Assembly (NCBI GenBank): GCA_019057475.1
Contig: DXJO01000020.1
Coordinates: 64,001 to 128,000, forward strand
Length of the DNA: 64,000 bases
Direction of reading: 5' to 3'
From: Candidatus Thorarchaeota archaeon
GTDB lineage: Archaea > Asgardarchaeota > Thorarchaeia > Thorarchaeales > Thorarchaeaceae
This document shows, piece by piece, positions 9,720 through 18,425 of the stretch. A program made the translations under genes and the position numbers. Each line of letters starts with the position of its first letter. Position 1 is the first letter of the stretch. The notes under the pieces were generated by a model, which saw nothing but the letters and a program-made list of their open reading frames with translations, did not search any database and had not been told where the DNA came from.

Positions 9720-11405
9720 GTGACGATGGTTCATTCCAAGGGTGTGACAATCGCAGTTAAGGTTCCCATTAAGTGGGAATCAATGACCAAGAGAACTAAG
9801 CAGAGGCTTAGACAAATCGTCGGGCGTGACACCCGAGTCATTCGTGCCTTTCTTGGAGTAATTGAACAGCACGAAAATGAATTGTTGATGGGTCGCAGAT
9901 TGGAACGGATTAACGAAAGCAAACTGGATACACTCACGATAACTGCTGTCAAGGTCAAGCCGGGCTATAGTCAACGACTAAGTGTGCCTCATGACTTCAA
10001 GAAGCGCTTTCCAAGGATATCACACAATGAAATCCAGGAATGCAGACAGACCGCGGTGGCGCTTTATGAGAGCTACCTCGGGTTGAGGAGCAAGAGAGGA
10101 CGAAAGGCTTCAAAACCGTGCGCGGTCAACTCGACGAGGAGAATTCCACGCTGGGCTTTCTCTCAGAGATTCAAACTCTTTGAGAAGACAAATGCAACCT
10201 CTCGCTGGTGGCTCAATCTGCGGGATTCCTTTGACTCAATTCCTGAGGGCCGAAGAATTCATGATCGATTGACCGTTCCCCTGAGAATCTCGCCCTTTCA
10301 TCTGAACCAGTTCAAAAGGGGTGAAGTCAAGGCTCTACAGATATTCACTGATGACTCCAAAAAGTGGTGGGTGACCTTTGCTATACGTGTAGATACACCT
10401 GAACATCCTGACGAGTTTCTCCCACGTGCTGTTCTCGGCATCGATTTAGGAATTAAGAAGGCTGCATGTACTACGCTGGTAACTCCCACAAAGGTCAGAG
10501 AAACCCGCTACTTCAAGCAGAAGGATAAACAGGGTGTACTGCAAAAACTTGACCAGAGAATTTCTGACCTTCAGAGCAAGGCAGACACCCGATTCAATAG
10601 AGGTCAGAGCGCCGACATGGTGTTGGTGAAGACACGCGCACTCAAGCATAAACGAGAGAATGTTTCCAGAGAGTACGACCGCATACTCGTGAATCAGCTC
10701 ATGGAATACATCATTGGGCTGTCCAAGAAATACACTCTCTACATAGCCCTAGGTAGATTGAAGGGAATTCGTGGTGGTGCACGTCGAGGCAACTACAAGG
10801 GTCGCAAGTTCCGTGGAATGATTCACAGATGGACCTTTGCTAGAACCACCAACAGCCTCAAGCATCAGCTAGCACAGCTTGGTTGGCAGGTCGAGGGTAA
10901 GAATGCACATTTCAGGATTATTCCAGAGAACTGGACATCCATTATGTGTTGGAAGTGTGGTCGAAAGGGCAACCGTCCAAAGCAGAACCTGTTTGTGTGT
11001 TCGACCTGCGGCAACAAGTGCAATGCTGACAAGAATGGCTCCATTAACATCGCTGGACGACTAATTACGATCACAGAGTCACTTCATTCTGTGAGAGGAC
11101 TAGGTTTCTGGACATGTGCAATTGAAAGAGCACAAAGTTCGGGGCCGAAAGCCCGAAGGAAGACATGTTCTTCTCGAGGGAAGTCCTTACCCCCCAAAAG
11201 AGACAATGCATCTGGTCCAGGGGGGTCCGCGGCTGTTCACCAAGTTCAATCGGACCTTCTCAGCTTCGGCGACGAAACTGGGATGGGTGATAATGACCCC
11301 GCCGTGGAAAACACTGTGGTAAGACTCTCTGCTGCTGGAAGTGATGCTCCGGCAATAGGACAGGAGAAAGAAGCCAGGTCTGTGGGAGGGATTTCATTCC
11401 GATGA
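9720..11405 (+). CDS. tnpB: TnpB/Cas12f-family RNA-guided nuclease with a rearranged RuvC-II site; no transposase nearby (start 9720 GTG or 9726 ATG)
   Basis: RuvC-I LGIDLG (D242), IALG345RL at the canonical E position, PE403NWTS, Zn finger CWKC...CSTC, RuvC-III NAD437KNGSINI. Confidence 0.9.
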   Translation: MTMVHSKGVTIAVKVPIKWESMTKRTKQRLRQIVGRDTRVIRAFLGVIEQHENELLMGRRLERINESKLDTLTITAVKVKPGYSQRLSVPHDFKKRFPRISHNEIQECRQTAVALYESYLGLRSKRGRKASKPCAVNSTRRIPRWAFSQRFKLFEKTNATSRWWLNLRDSFDSIPEGRRIHDRLTVPLRISPFHLNQFKRGEVKALQIFTDDSKKWWVTFAIRVDTPEHPDEFLPRAVLGIDLGIKKAACTTLVTPTKVRETRYFKQKDKQGVLQKLDQRISDLQSKADTRFNRGQSADMVLVKTRALKHKRENVSREYDRILVNQLMEYIIGLSKKYTLYIALGRLKGIRGGARRGNYKGRKFRGMIHRWTFARTTNSLKHQLAQLGWQVEGKNAHFRIIPENWTSIMCWKCGRKGNRPKQNLFVCSTCGNKCNADKNGSINIAGRLITITESLHSVRGLGFWTCAIERAQSSGPKARRKTCSSRGKSLPPKRDNASGPGGSAAVHQVQSDLLSFGDETGMGDNDPAVENTVVRLSAAGSDAPAIGQEKEARSVGGISFR

Positions 11406-11586
11406 AGGCAGACGAAGCTCCGACTAGGCCTTGGGTAGCGCCAAGGCTTGATGGCGACATCGAGTCGGGGAAGGGTGGAACACAGGAGTTTCCGAGGGTT
11501 GAGCTCACTCAACCTATGGGAACGGGTCAGCCGGCCCGCCCTATCATTTTCAGTCACTGCGATATGGGCGGCAGGTTTAGCTGATT
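11376..11586 (+). ncRNA. Putative omega/reRNA-like structured RNA at the tnpB 3' end (may extend 5' into the ORF)
   Basis: Nested stems CTCCGACT/AGTCGGGG, GCCTTGG/CCAAGGC, GATG-GCGA-CATC and TCAGC/GCTGA enclosing CCGCCC/GGGCGG; homologue at 35206-35407. Confidence 0.75.
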
Positions 11587-11787
11587 GGGTTATGAGTTGA
11601 TTGGAACCACCAAATTAGACCGATTCGTGAAGACATTCGCGGACTCAAGATACTTTGGTTGTCGAGAAGAGCATAATCTGTTTCCTTGGAGATAACAGTG
11701 CATCTGTCATTAATCACCAAAGCATTGAAGAGCCAATTCGCTAGCCCAAAGACTTGCGGTGAGTTCCTGCGGGTTTGACCATAGAAT

Positions 11788-11909
11788 GCGGGAGTAGCCA
11801 AGACTGGTCAAAGGCGGCGGACTTAAGATCGTATGAAGATATGGGGTCATTCGAATAAGATATCCGCTCCCGTAGGGGTCCGTGGGTTCAAGTCCCACCT
11901 CCCGCACCA
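11788..11909 (+). tRNA. tRNA-Leu(TAA) with 34-nt intron (11828-11861)
   Basis: GCGGGAG/CTCCCGC acceptor, GCGGA-CTTAAG^A-TCCGC, long variable arm, ACCA. Confidence 0.95.
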
Positions 11910-11991
11910 ATCTCTCCAAAAGCAAGCACAAGATAGCTTCTGAGCGAAGATTTATGACTACGCCAATGGCGAAGAGCTGCGGAACTCATAG

Positions 11992-13356
11992 GTGAGGATT
12001 GCATTGACTCTGGACGACTCTGGTTATAGGGGCCTAGTTCTTGAGAAACTATCCGCTGCTGGCGCAAAAGTGGGTGACACAATCACAATCGACCATCAAG
12101 GACGAGAGTATGTAGGCATTCTCATGCCTCGTGCACAGGTTGGACGCGATCCTGACCATGTGGTGATAAAGCTCGTTTCCGGATACAACGTAGGCATTCG
12201 ATTGAATGAGTTGTCTGAAATTCACTCGATTAAATCGGGAAGGAAAAGAAAGCGGCCCGCAGAAAAGACTACATCCAAAGCACAATCCGATCTGCCTACT
12301 GTTTCAATCCTGAGTACTGGGGGTACGATTGCAAGCAAGGTAGACTATCAGACTGGTGCTGTCAATCCTGCATTGTCGGCACAGGATCTCTATGATACAG
12401 TTCCCGAGCTCAAGGATCATGCGAATATTCATGCTCGCATTGTAATGAGCGTTTTTTCAGAGAACATTCAACCTGCCGATTGGACGAAGATTGCTAGAAG
12501 TGTTTCATCTGAAATCAAGAAGAGCGTAGACGGAGTTGTCATTGCGCATGGCACAGATACGCTCGGAATCACTTCTGCTGCGCTTGCATTTGCACTTCAA
12601 GACCTTCCTGTCCCAGTCGTTCTTGTGGGCTCCCAACGGTCATCTGATAGACCGTCTTCTGATGCTGCTATGAACCTGATTAGAGCAACTGATTTCGTCG
12701 GGCACGCGAATGCTGCAGAAATAATGGTGGTAATGCACGGTCAAACAGATGATACATTCGCATATGCACACAGGGGAACTCGAGTGCGTAAATGCCACAC
12801 TAGCAGAAGGGATGCTTTCCAGTCAGTCAACTACAGTCCCTTATTCAAAATAGACGAAACGGGCATAGCTGAGCTGTCTGCTCCTCTTCTGCGACGAAAC
12901 CCCGATCGCAAACTCAAGATGAAGCCTAAGTTTGATGATCGAGTCACTATCGTGAACACTTCTCCAGGAATCAAACCTGATGTGATTGACTCGTACGTCG
13001 ATAGCGGATACAGAGGACTTGTACTGGCCGGAACTGGTCTTGGACATGCTCCTGAACACATTCATTCAGCACTGAAACGAGCCATAGATGCCGGCGTCAT
13101 TGTGGCCATGACAAGCCAATGCATCTGGGGACGCGTCAATATGAACGTATATCGACCAGGCGTGGAGATGCTCGAAATGGGCGTCATACCATGCGAAAAT
13201 ATGCTCACCGAAACTGCGACTGTAAAGCTAATGTGGCTTCTTGCAAACACGAAGACTGTGGAGAAGGCACATGCTGCAATGTCTGAGTGCATCGTTGGCG
13301 AGATAAGCATGCGAACTGAACAGTCCGAGTATCGAATACAGTCGGAGGCCTGTTGA
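11992..13356 (+). CDS. gatD: Glu-tRNA(Gln) amidotransferase subunit D
   Basis: KL.SGYNVG N-domain, TGGTIAS, HGTDT and GSQRSSDRPSSD. Confidence 0.97.
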   Translation: MRIALTLDDSGYRGLVLEKLSAAGAKVGDTITIDHQGREYVGILMPRAQVGRDPDHVVIKLVSGYNVGIRLNELSEIHSIKSGRKRKRPAEKTTSKAQSDLPTVSILSTGGTIASKVDYQTGAVNPALSAQDLYDTVPELKDHANIHARIVMSVFSENIQPADWTKIARSVSSEIKKSVDGVVIAHGTDTLGITSAALAFALQDLPVPVVLVGSQRSSDRPSSDAAMNLIRATDFVGHANAAEIMVVMHGQTDDTFAYAHRGTRVRKCHTSRRDAFQSVNYSPLFKIDETGIAELSAPLLRRNPDRKLKMKPKFDDRVTIVNTSPGIKPDVIDSYVDSGYRGLVLAGTGLGHAPEHIHSALKRAIDAGVIVAMTSQCIWGRVNMNVYRPGVEMLEMGVIPCENMLTETATVKLMWLLANTKTVEKAHAAMSECIVGEISMRTEQSEYRIQSEAC

Positions 13357-15282
13357 GTGAGCGACGAGGGTCGCTTTAGAAAAATCGGCTTAATGGTGGG
13401 ACTAGAACTTCATCAGCAACTCAATACATCTCGCAAGCTCTTTTGCCACTGCCCGACAGTGATTCGCGACGACAAGCCTGACGGCGGGTTTGTGAGAAGG
13501 CTCAGACCCACACAGAGCGAAATGGGTGCGGTTGATCCCGCAGCACTTTTTGAGTTTCAGAGGAAGAAGAAATTCTATTACGAGTATTACAATGATACAA
13601 CATGCTTGGTTGAAGCTGACGAGGAGCCTCCTCACAATCTGTGTGAAGAGTCCATCGATGTTGCTCTTACAATGGCTACCTTCCTAGGTTCATCTCCATT
13701 AGATGAGATACACGCAATGAGGAAAATCGTGATAGATGGTAGCAACACAACTGGCTTTCAACGCACAGCCATTATTGCCATGGGTGGCAAGATTTTGGTG
13801 GGGACCAAAGAAATCGGCATACTAGCAATCAGCCTTGAAGAGGATGCGGCCCGCAAAATCGCAGATGATGACAAAGAGAACATGAAGATGTATCGACTGG
13901 ATAGACTAGGCATTCCTCTGATTGAAATCGCAACAGCTCCTGACATCGAAACTCCCTCCCAAGCTCAAGAAACGGCTTTGGCGATTGGTCTGCTTTTGAG
14001 GTCCACCGGGAAGGTAAAGCGTGGACTTGGCACAATCCGTCAAGACGTTAACGTGTCCATCAAGGGAGGGGCTATTATCGAGATTAAGGGATTTCAGCAA
14101 CTCGACATGCTATCCACTCTTGTCGAACTAGAAGCCCTTCGGCAGGAGCGCTTGTTGGAGATACGTGACGCCCTACATGAGAGGAATATCTCTCCTAAGC
14201 AGATTAGCAGCGAACCGACAGATATCAGCGATATCTTCGCAGGATCAAGCTCCAAGATGATCAAGAAGGCGTTGAAGGCAGGCCACGCAATCTACGGGGT
14301 GCGGCTTCCAGGCTTTGCAGGTCTAGTTGGACGTGAAGTGCAACCTGAGCGCAGGCTTGGCACAGAACTATCAGATTATGCCAAGTTTTGGGGCGACGTA
14401 GGAGGCATCTTTCACACAGACGAACTGCCAGGATATGGAATATCCGCACAAGAAGTAGCCCAACTAAGAGAAGCCGTAAGCGCAGGTTCACAAGATGCCG
14501 TGGTAATAGTTGCAGCCCCGATGGGCAAGTGCGTGGATGCGCTTGAGGCGGTCGTCCGGCGAGCACGTGAGGCGATTGAGGGTGTGCCAGCTGAAACCCG
14601 AACTCCACTGCCTAATGGAACGACGAAGTATGCGCGCCCTCGCCCTGGTGCAGAAAGAATGTATCCGGAAACCGACGTGAGACCGGTGAAAATAACGCCG
14701 TCCCGTTTGAAACGGATTAGGAAAAACTTGCCTGAAACCCTGGATAGCAAAGAGAAGCGATTTGTCAAGGACTACGGTCTCAGCAAGGACCTTGCGTCAC
14801 AGATGGTACGTTCTCTGAACCTATTACTCTTTGAGCAAATCATGAGCGAGATGGAAGTCCCTGCAACACTTTTGGCAGTAACACTGGAGAATACAGTTGT
14901 AAGTCTTCATCGCGATGGCGTTCCTATTGAACGATTGGAGGATAATCACTTCCGGCAGCTCTTCGAATGTGTCACTAAGACTGAAGTTTCTCCAGATGCA
15001 ATCCCTGCAATTCTGACACATCTTGCGAATAATCCCACTTCTGGGATTCAAGATGCGCTGGATGCAACAGACCTTGGCAAAATAGATACTACCGAGATCG
15101 AGAACGTGGTTCGAGAGATAGTGGAGGACCGAATTGACTTCGTACGTGAACAAGGAGAGAGAGCACTCGGTGGTCTCATGGGTGTTGCAATGAAGCGGCT
15201 AAGAGGAAGGGCCGACGGGAAAGTTATCAAGAAGCATCTTGCAGCTGAGATTCAGCGAGTTCTTACATCCACTGAAGAATAG
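13357..15282 (+). CDS. gatE: Glu-tRNA(Gln) amidotransferase subunit E
   Basis: GLELHQQL, KIVIDGSNTTGFQRT, RGLGTIRQDVN and RMYPETD. Confidence 0.97.
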   Translation: MSDEGRFRKIGLMVGLELHQQLNTSRKLFCHCPTVIRDDKPDGGFVRRLRPTQSEMGAVDPAALFEFQRKKKFYYEYYNDTTCLVEADEEPPHNLCEESIDVALTMATFLGSSPLDEIHAMRKIVIDGSNTTGFQRTAIIAMGGKILVGTKEIGILAISLEEDAARKIADDDKENMKMYRLDRLGIPLIEIATAPDIETPSQAQETALAIGLLLRSTGKVKRGLGTIRQDVNVSIKGGAIIEIKGFQQLDMLSTLVELEALRQERLLEIRDALHERNISPKQISSEPTDISDIFAGSSSKMIKKALKAGHAIYGVRLPGFAGLVGREVQPERRLGTELSDYAKFWGDVGGIFHTDELPGYGISAQEVAQLREAVSAGSQDAVVIVAAPMGKCVDALEAVVRRAREAIEGVPAETRTPLPNGTTKYARPRPGAERMYPETDVRPVKITPSRLKRIRKNLPETLDSKEKRFVKDYGLSKDLASQMVRSLNLLLFEQIMSEMEVPATLLAVTLENTVVSLHRDGVPIERLEDNHFRQLFECVTKTEVSPDAIPAILTHLANNPTSGIQDALDATDLGKIDTTEIENVVREIVEDRIDFVREQGERALGGLMGVAMKRLRGRADGKVIKKHLAAEIQRVLTSTEE

Positions 15283-15325
15283 TTTTAAGAGCCTATACCA
15301 TCGGCCCGTCTTACTTGAATCACGT

Positions 15326-15468
15326 GCCGCGGTGGCCTAGCCTGGTTAGGGCGCGAGACTCATAATCTTGCTGGATCTTTCCGGTCAAAATCATGGGGTC
15401 ATTGTCTCAAGCCTGGCCCGAGATGAGAAATCTCGAAGTCGAGGGCTCGAATCCCTCCCGCGGCACCA
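15326..15468 (+). tRNA. tRNA-Met(CAT), probably elongator, with 65-nt intron (15365-15429)
   Basis: GCCGCGG/CCGCGGC acceptor, CGAGA-CTCATA^A-TCTCG, ACCA; T-loop CTCGAAT. Confidence 0.93.
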
Positions 15469-15560
15469 CCACTTACTGCGGCTTTGCAGGTATGTTTTTG
15501 TGTGTACTTAGTTTCTCGGTAAAGCTGAGGTCCGTACTGCGAAAAGAGAGGTTACTTCAA

Positions 15561-16766
15561 ATGAAACTCCCTTTCAAGACCCTTGATGACGTTAAAACCG
15601 AAGGAAAGCGTGTTTTGGTTCGTGTCGACATAAACTGCTCTGTTGACCCCGATACTAAGAAGATAACCGACGATTCCAGAATAGATGCGATTGTTCCCAC
15701 ACTCAAAGAATTGTCCAAAAGCAAGGTTGTGTTGATGGCACACCAAGGCCGTCCGGGCAGTAGCGACTTCATATCGCTTGAACAACATGCAACTATTCTC
15801 AAGAACTTAGGTTTCAACGTCAGCTTTGTGGATGACATATTCGGAGAGAGAGCCAAGGCGGCCATAGAGAAGATGCAGGTGGGAGAGATACTTGTTCTCC
15901 AAAACGTGAGGATGTTTGAGGGTGAACTGAAGAAGGCACCACCAGACGAAGTTGCAAAAGAGGCAATTGTCCAAGAGCTTTACCCCTTGTTTGATCTGTT
16001 TGTCAATGATGCGTTTGGTGCAGCACACAGGTCTCAAGCATCCCTTGTCGGTTTCACAACAGTACTGCCTTCAGTTGCAGGTCGGCTTGTCGAGAAGGAG
16101 ATTCGGATACTGACCGATGCCACGGCTATAGAGAAACATCCTTGGATTCTCGTATTCGGGGGGGCTAAGGTGGCTGATAAGGTGAAGACTCTAGGCAAGC
16201 TATTGGCCACTGGACGAGTAGACAAGGCACTACTAGGAGGCCTTCTTGGACAGCTGTTCTTGATTGCAAAGACCTTGATTCCTACCGAATACTCTGCTCC
16301 TATCAAGGGTTTCGAATCAGCAGTGGAAACAGCAAAAGAACTCCTAGAGAAATATCCCGACATACTAGTTCTCCCAGCGGATGCAGCTGTCGAGCGGGAC
16401 GGCAAGCGCGTGGAGTGTGCGTTCAATAAGATGGACAGTGATCCATTCCTTGACATAGGTCCGTCCACAGCCAGTGAGTACATGCGTATGATAAGTGGAG
16501 CTGCAGTGGTGTTTGCCAATGGTCCGATGGGCTACTTTGAGAAAAAGCCCTTTGCCAAGGGCACAAACAGTATTCTAGAAGCAATCGCTGAGTGTGAAGG
16601 TGTTACAGTTGTCGGGGGTGGGCACATGGGAGCCATGGCAATAAACGAGGGCTTTGCAGACAGGATTTCACACATCAGTACAGGCGGTGGAGCTACAATC
16701 AACTTCCTGACAGGGAAAAAGTTAGATCTCGTGGTTGCGCTTGAAGAAGCCGCACGGAGGATGTGA
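15561..16766 (+). CDS. pgk: Phosphoglycerate kinase
   Basis: ATG 15561; RVDIN, HQGRPG, NDAFGAAHR, GGAKV and ISTGGGA. Confidence 0.97.
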   Translation: MKLPFKTLDDVKTEGKRVLVRVDINCSVDPDTKKITDDSRIDAIVPTLKELSKSKVVLMAHQGRPGSSDFISLEQHATILKNLGFNVSFVDDIFGERAKAAIEKMQVGEILVLQNVRMFEGELKKAPPDEVAKEAIVQELYPLFDLFVNDAFGAAHRSQASLVGFTTVLPSVAGRLVEKEIRILTDATAIEKHPWILVFGGAKVADKVKTLGKLLATGRVDKALLGGLLGQLFLIAKTLIPTEYSAPIKGFESAVETAKELLEKYPDILVLPADAAVERDGKRVECAFNKMDSDPFLDIGPSTASEYMRMISGAAVVFANGPMGYFEKKPFAKGTNSILEAIAECEGVTVVGGGHMGAMAINEGFADRISHISTGGGATINFLTGKKLDLVVALEEAARRM

Positions 16767-17079
16767 TAGCCATGCAGTTGCTGGAATTTCACATATTCTT
16801 TTCATCTACTTGGCTTTTGTGAACGTCCTTGCTTTCATCCTTATGTATCATGATAAGAGAAAGGCTAAGAAGAAAGAGTGGCGTGTCGCAAAGGCCACGC
16901 TTCTACTGCTATCATTCATTGGTGGCGCTTTGGGTCTATTCGTTGCGATGTTCAAGTTTCGGCACAAGACTTTGAAAAGATTATTTCGGGCAGTTGCCAT
17001 CATTAGTCTTATCGTTTCCCTAATGATCTACTGGATTGCTTTTAGAATACTGACATTTGGTCCAGTGCCAATAGTGTAA
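16763..17079 (+). CDS. DUF1294 family membrane protein (start unclear, possible frameshift)
   Basis: NVLAFILMYHDKRKAKKKEWRV...GGALG...FRHKT motif. Confidence 0.8.
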
Positions 17080-17445
17080 GCTATTCGACTGAACCAATAG
17101 AGTGAAGGTACGCGCAGAAAGAAGCAGTGCAGCCGGAGCAAGAAATGTTGTTGAGGGCACATTGCTGTACCCTCATGATTTCAAGGGTTTACCAGGGCTC
17201 TGGACGGGGACGTGAAGGTTCGTTCATACACTCGGATGCTAACCATACCCAATTACGGGCACTGTAACACAATCGCGAAATCCTAGTTTCTTTCTATCAC
17301 AAGACCGCGCATTAGTGTCGTTCTCTGTTTCAATTTGCTATGTCCTTATATCGCGAATTTCGAGTACATTAATGGCCAATCAACAAATCAATCTGTAGCA
17401 CAAAGTAATGCCAGTTCTGAAAGAGAAAAAAAGGAAAATTGAAAA

Positions 17446-17521
17446 TGGAGCCCCGGGCGAGATTCGAACTCGCGACCTGCTGATTACAAGTCAGCCGCTA
17501 TAGCCCCTAAGCCACCGAGGC
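17446..17521 (-). tRNA. tRNA-Thr(TGT)
   Basis: GCCTCGG/CCGGGGC acceptor, GCTGA-CTTGTAA-TCAGC, TCCA. Confidence 0.96.
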
Positions 17522-17609
17522 TTCCTAAGTGAATCGAGCAGCATATTGGCTTTAAAAGCTGCTCTTCAAGACTTCTTCAACTGCGCGTTTCCGACGGCAG
17601 TAGCGGTTA

Positions 17610-18152
17610 CTACTTGTCATGATAGACATTGTCAATGATAACAGCGTAGGCTAGCAGCATCAATCGGTCAACATCCGGATCCACTACGTGAATCACATAC
17701 CTGTCCTTGAAGTTGAACGCAGGTGCAAACACATCGCGCCATTTGTCTGATTTTTTGATGGTAGCATACACTTTCTTCTTATCCTTCGGATGACGGATCT
17801 CGAAATTCCACTTCGTAATTCCACCTTGGGCTTTGAATATGAGATTGTCTTGGGGGTCATACATATCCACCGACCCCCTAAAGGCAATCAATGGTTTTTT
17901 CGCACGACCTATGAGCTGTCCGTCTGGGGTTTTTACATCATAGATTGGCCGCACTGCGGCTAGCTTCTTGCTAATAATACAGACTGGCGTTTCATCAACA
18001 TTTCGCAGCTCGATATCTGCACGTAATGATATTATCTTCCTCTTCATGATACCGATTTTATTTCCGTCTGTATCGAGAATTTCCCCACCACCGAATTTCC
18101 AGGTTTTTTCATGCATTACATAGTGAGTAATCGCAGGGTCTAACAAGTTCAT
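17610..18152 (-). CDS. LURP-one/scramblase (Tubby-like beta-barrel) family protein
   Basis: Repeated G..IG..KRK.. beta units and C-terminal LLAYAVIID. Confidence 0.8.
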   Translation of the reverse strand: MNLLDPAITHYVMHEKTWKFGGGEILDTDGNKIGIMKRKIISLRADIELRNVDETPVCIISKKLAAVRPIYDVKTPDGQLIGRAKKPLIAFRGSVDMYDPQDNLIFKAQGGITKWNFEIRHPKDKKKVYATIKKSDKWRDVFAPAFNFKDRYVIHVVDPDVDRLMLLAYAVIIDNVYHDK

Positions 18153-18425
18153 CTTCCACACACTCCCTTGAGATATTCTTACGCAACCTATTAAGCGAAT
18201 TTCGGCTAGAATGAGGAATCAATGACACGTCCACAAGCACGCTCAGGTGGTGCATTCCATCACGCACATGTTTATGTGCCATTGAGCGCATTTAATCTTC
18301 AGAAGTCCGACCTTAGCACAAAGTCCCATATCACACGCGGGTCATACAAAGGCTAAATGCTACGGGAAAGCTCAAATAGCATACAGGATTTTGTCAAAGG
18401 ACGACATACAACTAGGTGATACCAA

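Noticed and set aside
11292-11300. AATGACCCC in tnpB, complementary to the shared tRNA-intron motif
   Set aside because: A 9-nt match, not distinguishable from chance.
9412-11787. CRISPR array or cas1/cas2 near the TnpB/Cas12f-like gene
   Set aside because: No regularly spaced direct repeats and no adaptation genes were seen here or elsewhere in the window.
15393-15560. N-terminal extensions of pgk, rpoB (42681), rpoD (61904) and the GTPase (61153) in the ORF track
   Set aside because: They overlap tRNA or leader sequence, and family homology starts at the downstream ATGs.
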